Shown piece after piece: positions 35,805 through 44,292 of a stretch of 52,702 nt of DNA (position 1 is its first letter; each line of letters opens with the position of its first letter). Below the pieces are notes generated by a model. The model was not told where the DNA came from, made no database searches, and saw nothing but the letters and a program-made list of their open reading frames with translations. The position numbers and the translations under genes are program-made. Origin of the DNA: an uncultured Myxococcales bacterium (lineage in GTDB: Bacteria > Myxococcota_A > Polyangia > Fen-1088); contig CAZTZM010000095.1 in assembly GCA_964618005.1 (NCBI GenBank), positions 1 to 52,702 of the forward strand, in the 5' to 3' direction.

Positions 35805-37486
35805 GCACGGTCATCGGCCGCTCCGGGGCCGTCGTTGCGGGGCCCGCGCGGGTAGAACCGCCGCCACACGCTCAGGCGCAACGCCTCGCCGAGGTTCGCG
35901 GCGCGAGAACCGGCCGCCTCTCCGACGCCGGCCGGCGCCGCCGCCCGCCGCCACGCGGCCTCCGGCGCGGCCGACAGGACCGCGCCTCGGCCCATGCGTT
36001 CGAGCTCGAAGTCGACGGCCTCGACGGCTGCCTCCAGGCGCGAGAACCGCTCCATCGGCCGGCCGTCCATGACGACCTCCCAGCACTTGCCGCGGCCCGG
36101 GCGGCGCAGGACCAGCACCTCGCTGACGCGGCCCGCGCGCTGGAAGTGCAGGCCGACGCCGTGGCGGCCGAGCGAGAACCAGGCGTGGCCGGAGATGGCG
36201 CGCACGTCCTCGTGCGTGCGCAGGGTGAGGGGATCGAAGCTGGCGGCGCGGTCCTGGATCTCCGCCAGCGTCACGGCGCCGGCCTCCAGCTCGAAGCCGG
36301 GGCGATCGAACTCGATGGCCAGCCAGGCGCGGCGGGCAAGGACGGCGTCGCCGCCGCGCAGGTCCAGGTCGCGCGGCGCGCCGAACAGCGACGGCAGGGT
36401 GCACAGGCTCAGGTCCGTCAGATCGACGAAGTCCAGGATGAGGCAATCGGTCTTGCCGGGGTGGAGGCGCGTGCCGCGGCCCACGCACTGGGCGTAGAGG
36501 CCCTCGGCGCGTGTGGGGCGCGCCATGGCGACGCACGACACGCCCGGATCGTCGAAGCCCTCCGTCAGGACGCCCACGTTCGTGAGGACCTGGACGCGGC
36601 CCGCGCGGAAGTCGGCCAGGGCCTGGGCGCGCGCCTCGCCCGACATGGCGCCGTGGACGATGCCGGCGGGGACGCCGAGCGTGTTCAGCGCGTGGGCCAG
36701 GTGGCGGGCGTGGTTCACGGTTACGCAGAACGCGATCGTTCGCCGATCGCGCGCCAGCTCCTGGATCGATCGCGCGACCAGCGCGTTGCGCTCCTCGATG
36801 TCGACCGCCTCGGCCAGCTGCTCCTCGTCGAAGTCGAGGCCCGTGGACGCCAGCTGGCGCAGGTCGGCGGTGGTCGCGATGCGGTAGCCCCGGAGAGGCG
36901 CCAGGAAACCGTCCTCGATCAGCTCGGGCAGGGCGCGCGAGTAGACGATCTCCTGGAAGACCGCCTCCAGGCCCTGGCCGTCGCCGCGCGCGGTCGTGGC
37001 GGTGAAGCCGAGCAGGGTGCCCGTGAACATCGGCTCGAAGACGCCGAGCTGGCGCAGCACGCGCAAGTTGTCCTCGGCGGCCGCGTGGTGGCACTCGTCG
37101 TAGACGATCAGGCCCACGTCCCGCCCGCGCAGCACCTTGGCCAGGCGGGCCTCGTGCAGCGAACGAATCGAGCAGACCAGCACGCGGGCGTCAGGTGGCG
37201 CGCGCAGCGCCCCGCGCTCGATGGCCACCACGGCCGCGCCGCCCAGCGCGCGTTGCAGCTTGTCGCGGGCCTGCGCCAGCAACTCCTCGCGGTGGGCCAG
37301 CACCAACACCTGCCGCCGCGCCAGCCGCGCCAGGTGCGCGAAGATCACGGTCTTGCCGGCGCCCGTGGGCAGGTGAACGAGCAGCCGCCGCTTGCCGGCG
37401 CGCCGCGCCGCCAGCACCGCCTCGACCGCGGCGCGCTGATAGGGGCGAAGGTCGCCGGGAGCGCTGGAGGACAACGGGGACGTCAT
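35801..37486 (-). CDS. RadD-like SF2 DNA helicase (DEAD/DEAH, COG1061-type), 561 aa
   Basis: LRPYQRAAVEAV, HLPTGAGKT (I), VLVLAHREELLAQ, YDECHH (II), GFTATT (III), CVGRGTRLHPGKTDCLILDF (VI plus a RadD-like tail). I prefer the start at MTSPLSS (37486); the upstream 74 codons of the track ORF are Arg-rich junk. Confidence 0.85.
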   Translation of the reverse strand: MTSPLSSSAPGDLRPYQRAAVEAVLAARRAGKRRLLVHLPTGAGKTVIFAHLARLARRQVLVLAHREELLAQARDKLQRALGGAAVVAIERGALRAPPDARVLVCSIRSLHEARLAKVLRGRDVGLIVYDECHHAAAEDNLRVLRQLGVFEPMFTGTLLGFTATTARGDGQGLEAVFQEIVYSRALPELIEDGFLAPLRGYRIATTADLRQLASTGLDFDEEQLAEAVDIEERNALVARSIQELARDRRTIAFCVTVNHARHLAHALNTLGVPAGIVHGAMSGEARAQALADFRAGRVQVLTNVGVLTEGFDDPGVSCVAMARPTRAEGLYAQCVGRGTRLHPGKTDCLILDFVDLTDLSLCTLPSLFGAPRDLDLRGGDAVLARRAWLAIEFDRPGFELEAGAVTLAEIQDRAASFDPLTLRTHEDVRAISGHAWFSLGRHGVGLHFQRAGRVSEVLVLRRPGRGKCWEVVMDGRPMERFSRLEAAVEAVDFELERMGRGAVLSAAPEAAWRRAAAPAGVGEAAGSRAANLGEALRLSVWRRFYPRGPRNDGPGAADDRA

Positions 37487-37608
37487 ACCTTCTCTTCGGC
37501 ACTCGTTGACTTTTGTTTGGCCGTCCTGGGCACTCTGATCGCCGGTCCCCCGGTGGACGCTGCCATAGGCGCTGATCCGCTGGAGGACCTGCAGCGGCGC
37601 AGCCGCCT

Positions 37609-38418
37609 TTATCGCCCGCGGAGATCCTGCACGTCGATGGCGCGGGCCACGCCGATCTCGCGCGTCACCTCGGACTGGACGAAGACGACCACGTCGACGG
37701 CTGACCACGCCAGATCGGCCGGTTTCGAGAGCTGAATCCGCGCCGGGCTCCCGGAAGGCGGCAGAGGAATGCGCGCCGAGAGCGACCGTACGACCGCCGC
37801 CTCGTCGAGGACCTCACCCGCGTTTTCGCCACGGTGAACGGGCGTGCGCGCCTCCCTCGCCACCAGAGCCGCGACCAGACGCCAATCCCGATCGCGTTGC
37901 TCGCGCCCGGGGCCCGAGACCTCGACAGCAAGATCGACCGTCGGCCCTCGGACGGCCGCCCGCACCGCCAGGTCGACAGCCGGCGGCCGCTCGGCCGCCC
38001 GCGCCATTTCGTGCGCGGCGGTCTCTCGGCGCTGCCCGGAGAACTGGACGGCGCCGTCCACGATCATCTGGGGTGTGTAGAGCCCGTCCAGCCCGGCCGC
38101 CCCGTCCGGCGACCTGAGCTTGTTGGAGCGCGCGTACCACTCCTGGCGGTCGGTGAAGGCCGGGCTCGCGAAGGGATCCGTCCATCCCAGGCGATCCCAG
38201 TAGTCGACGTGGAACGTCAGCGGGACCACCCGATCGCGCCCCAATCCCAGGTGAGGGAGCTCACGAACAAAGGCGTCGGCCGGCGGACAGGAGCTGCACC
38301 CTTGCGAGGTGAAGAGCTCCACCAGGACCACCCGTTTCCAGGCGGCCGGAGCGCCCCAAGCGTCGGACGAACATCCCGCGGCCACCACGGCGAGCGACAA
38401 AATCGAGAGCGCGCGCAT
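37609..38418 (-). CDS. DUF1223 (thioredoxin-like) lipoprotein
   Basis: VLVELFTSQGCSSCPPAD is the DUF1223 signature. Lipobox LAVVAAGC. An alternative GTG start exists at 38442. Confidence 0.8.
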   Translation of the reverse strand: MRALSILSLAVVAAGCSSDAWGAPAAWKRVVLVELFTSQGCSSCPPADAFVRELPHLGLGRDRVVPLTFHVDYWDRLGWTDPFASPAFTDRQEWYARSNKLRSPDGAAGLDGLYTPQMIVDGAVQFSGQRRETAAHEMARAAERPPAVDLAVRAAVRGPTVDLAVEVSGPGREQRDRDWRLVAALVAREARTPVHRGENAGEVLDEAAVVRSLSARIPLPPSGSPARIQLSKPADLAWSAVDVVVFVQSEVTREIGVARAIDVQDLRGR

Positions 38419-38530
38419 CGGTACAAGGGATACGCTTCGCACGACAGTCGGTTACGCCGATCGCCCCGCGTAACCGATCTCTTCGCCGGACGTAGAGAGG
38501 TCACCTTTCTTCACCTTCAAAGGAGCGGCC

Positions 38531-39013
38531 ATGCTGACCTTCATTGACACCACGCTCGCCCGCCTGCGCGCCGTCGCCGACCGGCTCTCGTTCCTGGGGC
38601 CCACGCTGGCTCGCCTGACCGTCGGACTGGTGTTCATCGGAACCGGCTGGGGCAAGCTCCACTCGCTGGGCGACGTGACCGACTTCTTCGCGAGCCTCCA
38701 TATCCCCGCGCCCGCCTTCAACGCGCGGCTGGCTGCCTCGACGGAGTTCTTCGGCGGAATCCTGGTCTTGCTCGGCCTCGGCACCCGCCTGGTCTCGCTC
38801 CCCCTCGCCTTTACCATGGTGGTGGCGATCCTCACCGCGAAGCGCGGCGACATCACCGGTCTAACCGCGCTGGTCGGGTTCGAAGAGTGGAGCTATCTGG
38901 TCTTCTTCCTGTGGCTCGCTGTCGGCGGCGCCGGTCCCCTGTCGCTCGATCGGCTGGTGTCACGGCTCCGCACCCGCGAGACCGCCGCCCCGCGCGGTCG
39001 ATTTAGTCCGTAA
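38531..39013 (+). CDS. DoxX-family membrane protein
   Basis: Four TM helices. LARLTVGLVFIGTGWGKL and STEFFGGILVLLGLGTRL are typical DoxX patterns. Confidence 0.8.
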   Translation: MLTFIDTTLARLRAVADRLSFLGPTLARLTVGLVFIGTGWGKLHSLGDVTDFFASLHIPAPAFNARLAASTEFFGGILVLLGLGTRLVSLPLAFTMVVAILTAKRGDITGLTALVGFEEWSYLVFFLWLAVGGAGPLSLDRLVSRLRTRETAAPRGRFSP

Positions 39014-39054
39014 CCGCCCGACCTCCGGGACGTAGGAACGGCATGGAGGCGAGC

Positions 39055-40446
39055 TCAGGGATCCTGGCGACCGATCATGCTGCGGCGAATGGCCGCCAGC
39101 GGCGCGCGCGGATCGAGATCGACCTGGTCGGCCGAGAGGGACACGCCAAGCTCTCGCCAGATCGCCTGGAGATCGACCTTCACCGGATGGGTCGCCATCC
39201 GGCGATAGAGATCGATGAGCACCGTCGTCCCCGTGGCGTGGTCGCAGGCGGTCAGGAACTTCTCGACGGGCCATTGCACACGCGCGTCAGCTCCGGCAGC
39301 CAGAGCTCCCCGCAAGGCCGTCATCAGCGACTGCCGGTTGTCGGTGGCCTTGCGGATCTCGAGATCCGCGAGGAAGGCGAAGAGCGCGCCGCCCCAGTAG
39401 GTGCGCCCCCAGGTGTGCGTTCGATCGAGCCCGCGATCGCCCGGCTCGGGCTCGCCCTTCGGCAATCCTTTGACCAGGTCTCGCCACACGGACTCGGGCG
39501 ACAGCTCGCCGGTCATGCTGCGGGCGAGCGGTTCGACATAGGTCGCGAGGCCTTCGGAGAGCCAGATCTGGTCGCGCGGGAGCTCGGGGACGGCCAGGTG
39601 GACCATCTCGTGCGCCGCCTGCCAGTCGACACCAGGGTCGGTGAGGTCGGCGCCGGGAGCCATCTGAAGAAGCACGGTCGCTCCACCGCCCCCCAGGGCT
39701 TTTCCGTGAAAGCCGGCGGCCTGCGGAACCGCGAGCAGGAGGGCGTGATCGACGGGGAAGCGCCCGTAATAGGTCGACACGGCGGCGGCGGCCGCGCCCA
39801 CCCAGGTGCGGAGCCGGGGAAGCTCACGGGTCAGGCCGCCGCTTTCGACCTCCAGATCGAGGGTGACACCGCCAGCCTTGATCTCGTCGTGATCGAAGCG
39901 GCCAAACGCCGCGTACGGCGAGACGAAATAGGGAAGCAGCGCGACCAGGTACGTGTCTGCTTCGCGCGAAACGCGGGGCAGTCCCGTCACGAAGGCGAAG
40001 GGCGGCGCCATCGTCACGTGAACCTGCGCGCGCAGCCCGCCGTCGGGCAGCGCCTCTGGCCGGAGCAGCCAGGTCGACGCGGGTCCCACGAGGGCACCTC
40101 CACGCTCGGCGGCGGTGTCGGGATCATCGATGGCGTGGGCGGCGGCGCGAAGGTGAAAGAGGTATCTGATCCGGCAGCCCGAGCGGCGGCATTCCGGCGC
40201 CGGCCACCCCGCGGTCGTTCGGGCGACCGTCACCCAGTGGCCGAACTCTTCACGCCGAACGTCGTCGACGAAAGCGGTCGCTTCCGGATCCACGACCAGC
40301 GCCGAACGCAGGCCCGCCGGAACACTGACCTCGATCTGCAGATCGCTGCCGTCGGCTTTGGCCACGACCTCGTATCGAAGCTGGGCGCCGGTCGCGCCAG
40401 CCTGCCTCAACTCCGCGGTCGCGATTACGAAGGCGATCACGGCCAT
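39055..40446 (-). CDS. Gluzincin (M1-like) zinc metallopeptidase
   Basis: AAHEMVH...WLSEGLATYVE corresponds to HExxH plus the downstream (W)L(N/S)EG Glu ligand. The start is uncertain (ATG 40446 preferred over the track's 40623). Confidence 0.6.
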   Translation of the reverse strand: MAVIAFVIATAELRQAGATGAQLRYEVVAKADGSDLQIEVSVPAGLRSALVVDPEATAFVDDVRREEFGHWVTVARTTAGWPAPECRRSGCRIRYLFHLRAAAHAIDDPDTAAERGGALVGPASTWLLRPEALPDGGLRAQVHVTMAPPFAFVTGLPRVSREADTYLVALLPYFVSPYAAFGRFDHDEIKAGGVTLDLEVESGGLTRELPRLRTWVGAAAAAVSTYYGRFPVDHALLLAVPQAAGFHGKALGGGGATVLLQMAPGADLTDPGVDWQAAHEMVHLAVPELPRDQIWLSEGLATYVEPLARSMTGELSPESVWRDLVKGLPKGEPEPGDRGLDRTHTWGRTYWGGALFAFLADLEIRKATDNRQSLMTALRGALAAGADARVQWPVEKFLTACDHATGTTVLIDLYRRMATHPVKVDLQAIWRELGVSLSADQVDLDPRAPLAAIRRSMIGRQDP

Positions 40447-40604
40447 GAGCCGGCCAAATCGAGTGGAGCCGATGGCTTTGCAAGATCCGAATCGGCGGCC
40501 ATGCTGTATCACCTCGGAGGCGTGGCATGCGCCGCGTGGGAAAGCAAGGTTGACTCGCTCGCATGGTGCGAGGGTCATGAACAAACGGGACATAGGAGAC
40601 GAGC

Positions 40605-40862
40605 ATGACGACCAAGGGAGCATTTGTTGCAGCGGCGGTTGCCGGACTCTTCACGGTGGGGGCGCCGCTGGTGGCGTCGGCGAAGGACGCCAAGATCCAT
40701 TGTGCAGGCGTCAACGCCTGTAAGGGCAAGGGCGGCTGCAAGGGCGCGGACAACGACTGCAAGGGCAAGAACGGGTGCAAGGGCAAGGGCTGGATGTCCA
40801 TGACCGAGAAGAAGTGCACGGACAAGGGCGGCACCGTCGCCCCCGAGCCGGAGAAGAAGTAG
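40605..40862 (+). CDS. bufA: Bufferin-type RiPP precursor, 6-Cys (BufA2-like) with a Sec signal peptide
   Basis: MTTKGAFVAAAVAGLFTVGAPLVASA | KDAKIHCAGVNACKGKGGCKGADNDCKGKNGCKGKGWMSMTEKKCTDKGG. It has six Cys in repeated (N/G/D)xCKG contexts and sits immediately upstream of the DUF692 and DUF2063 genes. Confidence 0.8.
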   Translation: MTTKGAFVAAAVAGLFTVGAPLVASAKDAKIHCAGVNACKGKGGCKGADNDCKGKNGCKGKGWMSMTEKKCTDKGGTVAPEPEKK

Positions 40863-40877
40863 GGCTGGCGACATTCG

Positions 40878-40908
40878 GGTCCTCGCCGGCGGTATGCTGG
40901 CGAGGACC
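40878..40908 (+). promoter_or_regulatory. 10-bp perfect stem-loop (GGTCCTCGCC-N11-GGCGAGGACC) between the precursor and MNIO genes
   Basis: Read directly. It is followed by TT only, so it is not a classic terminator. It is a possible transcript-stabilising or attenuating hairpin. Confidence 0.5.
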
Positions 40909-40926
40909 TTGAGTAACGGCACCGCC

Positions 40927-41781
40927 ATGCAGGAGTTCGCGTTCCTGGGCCACGGCATCGGGCTGCGGCCGCCCCACTACGCCGAGGTGGTGGCGGCTCA
41001 CCCCGCGGTCGACTGGTTCGAGGTCATCACCGAGAACTTCATGGTGGCGGGGGGCAACCCCCGCCGCGTCCTGCGCAAAGTGCGCGAGCACTACCCGGTC
41101 GTCCTCCACGGCGTCTCGCTCTCACTCGGCTCCGTCGATCCGCTCGACCGGCAGTACCTGGAGAATCTGAGCGCGCTCGCGCACGAGACGGAGCCCGCCT
41201 GGATCTCGGACCACCTCTGCTGGTCCAGCTACGGTGGGCACACCGGGCACGATCTATGGCCGCTGCCGTTCACGGATGAGGCGCTCGACCACGTCGTTCG
41301 GCGGGTGCAAGCGGTCCAGGAGCGCCTGGGACGGCGAATCCTGATCGAGAACGTGTCGAGCTATCTCGAGTACGCGCACGCCTCGATGCCGGAATGGGAG
41401 TTTCTCTCGGCGCTGGCCCGGCGCAGCGATTGCGGGCTCCTGCTCGACGTCAACAACATCTTCGTCAGCGCCCACAACCACGGCTTCGACCCCGCCGCGT
41501 TTCTGGCCGGCGTTCCGGCCGACCGGGTCAAGCAGATCCATCTCGCGGGCCACCGCGACGAGGGAACCCACCTCCTCGACACGCACGATCACCCCGTGTG
41601 CGACGGGGTCTGGTCACTCTACCGCGAGGCGATCCAGCGCTTCGGCCGCGTCTCGACCCTGATCGAGCGTGACGACGACATCCCGCCGCTCCCGCAGGTG
41701 ATCGCCGAGGCCCGCCAGGCGGCCGCCATCATGGCGGAGGTGACGAACACCGGCGCGGCGCCGAGCGTGGCCCATGGGTGA
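40927..41781 (+). CDS. bufB: MNIO (DUF692) multinuclear non-heme iron oxidative enzyme
   Basis: FLGHGIGLRPPHY, DWFEVITENF, LHGVSLSLGS, AWISDHLCW, ILIENVSSYL, LLDVNNIFVSAHNHGFD and IHLAGH are the conserved DUF692 blocks. The alternative ATG at 40894 lies in the hairpin loop. Confidence 0.9.
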   Translation: MQEFAFLGHGIGLRPPHYAEVVAAHPAVDWFEVITENFMVAGGNPRRVLRKVREHYPVVLHGVSLSLGSVDPLDRQYLENLSALAHETEPAWISDHLCWSSYGGHTGHDLWPLPFTDEALDHVVRRVQAVQERLGRRILIENVSSYLEYAHASMPEWEFLSALARRSDCGLLLDVNNIFVSAHNHGFDPAAFLAGVPADRVKQIHLAGHRDEGTHLLDTHDHPVCDGVWSLYREAIQRFGRVSTLIERDDDIPPLPQVIAEARQAAAIMAEVTNTGAAPSVAHG

Positions 41782-42601
41782 TCGGCGCACGCCGGTCCCC
41801 CTCGCCGAGCTGCAGGCGACCCTCTACGACCTCATCACCGCGCCCGAGGGCGCGGCGGTCCGCTGGGCGGAGCTCGGGCGTGGACCGTCGGAGCTGGAGT
41901 CGATCGTCAAGCCGGGCGCGCGTCTGTCCGCCGTGGAGCGGGTGGAGATCTACGCGGACATGTACTTCTACCGGATCCGGGACGTGCTCCGGGACGAGTA
42001 CAAGCGAGTCGTCGCGATCGTCGGCGACGACGCTTTTCACAATCTGGTCACCGATTATCTGATCGCGTGCCGGCCGGCGCACCCGTCGCTGAGGGAGGCC
42101 GGCGCCCGCCTCCCCGGCTTCCTGGCCCAGCACGCGCTGGCCGAACGCCATCCCGCTGCCCCCGACCTGGCCGTTCTCGAGCGGCTGCACCTCGATCTCT
42201 ACGACGGTCCGGACACCGAGGTGCTGACCCTGGATGAGGTGCGCGCGCTGCCGCCTGACACGATCGCGACGCTGCACCTGCGGGCCATTCCCGGCCATGC
42301 CGTCGTCACCAGCCGCTTCACCCTCTCTACCTCATGGCGCGCGCTCGGCGCCGGCGAGGCCCAGGCTCCCATCCGTATGATTCCGGAGACGCTGCTCGTC
42401 TGGCGGCAGGACCTGGAGGTCAACCACCGGCCGGTCGACGCGGACGAGGAGCCGTTGCTGCCGATGGTCCGGACCGGAGCCCGGCTCGACCAGCTGTGCG
42501 AGCGCCTGAGCGAAACCGTCCCCGCAGAGCGCGCGCCCGAGCGCGCCTTTCAGATCGTCGGTCGCTGGCTGGCGGACGGACTCATCGCCGCCTCGCGCTG
42601 A
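41774..42601 (+). CDS. bufC: DUF2063 partner protein of MNIO
   Basis: 8-nt overlap with the DUF692 stop. LQATLYDLITAPEG...ERVEIYADMYFYRIRDVLRDEY is the DUF2063 N-domain pattern. Confidence 0.8.
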   Translation: MGDRRTPVPLAELQATLYDLITAPEGAAVRWAELGRGPSELESIVKPGARLSAVERVEIYADMYFYRIRDVLRDEYKRVVAIVGDDAFHNLVTDYLIACRPAHPSLREAGARLPGFLAQHALAERHPAAPDLAVLERLHLDLYDGPDTEVLTLDEVRALPPDTIATLHLRAIPGHAVVTSRFTLSTSWRALGAGEAQAPIRMIPETLLVWRQDLEVNHRPVDADEEPLLPMVRTGARLDQLCERLSETVPAERAPERAFQIVGRWLADGLIAASR

Positions 42602-42611
42602 CAACGGAAGC

Positions 42612-42650
42612 GACGCGGCGCCCCGAGAGGCGCCGCGTCATTTGATTTTG
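42612..42650 (+). terminator. Rho-independent terminator after the buf operon
   Basis: GACGCGGCGCC-CCGAGA-GGCGCCGCGTC (11-bp perfect stem) followed by ATTTGATTTTG. It lies between convergent genes. Confidence 0.8.
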
Positions 42651-42657
42651 TCTTCGG

Positions 42658-42981
42658 TTACCAGCGCCGTCCGCCGCCGCCGCCGCCACCACCGCCACCC
42701 CGCCCACGGCCGCCACCACCACCCCCGCCACCGGAGCGCTCCTGCGCCTCATTGACGGTGACAGCGCGCCCACCGAGCTCGCGCCCGTTCAGCTCCGAGA
42801 TCGCGGTCTGGGCCTCCTGGTCGCTGCTCATCTCGACGAAGGCGAAGCCCCGCGGCCGCCCGGTCTCGCGGTCCATCACCACCTTGGCGTCGGTGACGGT
42901 GCCGAGCTTGCCGAACACGTCCCTCAGGTCCAGCTCGGTCGTGTCGTAAGACAGGTTCCCAACATAAAGACGTCTACCCAT
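42658..42981 (-). CDS. Glycine-rich RRM-type RNA-binding protein (107 aa)
   Basis: RLYVGNLSY is RNP2, RGFAFVEM is RNP1, and the C-terminus is a GGGGRGRGGGG tail. This is only the 3' third of track ORF 42658-44022. Confidence 0.9.
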   Translation of the reverse strand: MGRRLYVGNLSYDTTELDLRDVFGKLGTVTDAKVVMDRETGRPRGFAFVEMSSDQEAQTAISELNGRELGGRAVTVNEAQERSGGGGGGGGRGRGGGGGGGGGGRRW

Positions 42982-43151
42982 TTGATTTCTCCTTGTGTCG
43001 CATTCGACGAAAACTGTCGTCGTCCAGAAGCCTCCAGCCTGCCGACGATCGACCTCGAGCGGGGGCAGGCGAAGCTGCGACGCAGAGACGAATCCGAACA
43101 AGGAAAAGGACTTGCCATCAGAGGTACCACGCCCGGCGCCTTGGTGCCATC

Positions 43152-44249
43152 TCACCCGCGAACGGGCGTCGCGACGGCCCGCGTCTCGGTGAGGTAGGCG
43201 GCCGTCATGGCGCCCAGGTGGGTGCCCACCGAGGCGAGCGCACGCAGAAGCGTGACCTCGTAATAGGGGATCCCCCGTTCGGCGCAAAACGCCCGGACGA
43301 CAGGGCGCATCGCGCGGTAGCGGTTGTGCGCGACGCGCGGAAACAGGTGGTGCTCGATCTGAGAGTTCAGCCCGCCGTAGTAGAAGTCGAGCAGCGCCGG
43401 GTTGGCGATGTTTCGGCTGCTGGTGATCTGCTGCTCGAGGTAGCTGATCCCGTGCCCCGGCTCGAAGCGCCGCATCCCGATGTGGTTCGGGATGAAGACC
43501 GACGCGGTCATCAGGGACGAGAGGCAGGAGACGCTGACGTAGGCGAGCAGCGCCGTCGGCCAGCCGAAGACCAGCCCCGGCACGATCAGCAGCACCATCC
43601 AGTGGAGCGGCATCAGAAAACGATCGACCTTCGTCTCCGCCGGCCGCTGGAAGAGGTCGCGGATCGCGTCGTAGCGCAGCGTGACCCAGTAGAACGCCGA
43701 GAGCGGCCAGAACGCCCACTTCTGGATCCTCAGGAAGAACCGCCCCAGCGGCGTGCGCCAGCTGGCCGAGCCTGGATAGACCGAGAACAGCACGCCGAAG
43801 TGCATATCGGGGTCGCCGCCGACCGTCTGGCACTGGGCGTGGTGCATGTTGTGGCGCGACCGCCAAAAACCGAAGCTCATCCCGCACAGGAAGGTCATCC
43901 CGAACTGGCCCCAGAGGTTGTTCACCCAGCGCCTGCGCGACAGCGCGAAGTGCCCGGCGTCGTGACCGACGTAGCCCATCGTCAGCAGGCCGACCGACGC
44001 GACGAGCGCCAGCAGCAACCACACCGCCCCGAACGGCAGCAAGAACAGGCCCAGGTACGAGAGCAGGAACGCCGGAATCCAGAGCAAGAGCTTCAGCGTC
44101 CAGAAGCGGGACGGCGCGAACAGACCCCGCGCGTCCAGGCGGGCATGCAGGTCCTTGAGAGCGCGGGGATCGAGCGGTCCCCGTGCCGGATGAGTTGGGG
44201 CCGGCGGCATTCCTAGAGCTTGCTCCTCCCGTCGCAGCTCCTCCTTCAC
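43152..44249 (-). CDS. Membrane fatty-acid desaturase
   Basis: Three His boxes: HDAGH, HNMHH and QIEHHLFP. Confidence 0.9.
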   Translation of the reverse strand: MKEELRREEQALGMPPAPTHPARGPLDPRALKDLHARLDARGLFAPSRFWTLKLLLWIPAFLLSYLGLFLLPFGAVWLLLALVASVGLLTMGYVGHDAGHFALSRRRWVNNLWGQFGMTFLCGMSFGFWRSRHNMHHAQCQTVGGDPDMHFGVLFSVYPGSASWRTPLGRFFLRIQKWAFWPLSAFYWVTLRYDAIRDLFQRPAETKVDRFLMPLHWMVLLIVPGLVFGWPTALLAYVSVSCLSSLMTASVFIPNHIGMRRFEPGHGISYLEQQITSSRNIANPALLDFYYGGLNSQIEHHLFPRVAHNRYRAMRPVVRAFCAERGIPYYEVTLLRALASVGTHLGAMTAAYLTETRAVATPVRG

Positions 44250-44292
44250 AAGATCGTCATGATCGTGTCATCGCCCGGATCGCGCGCGGCGA

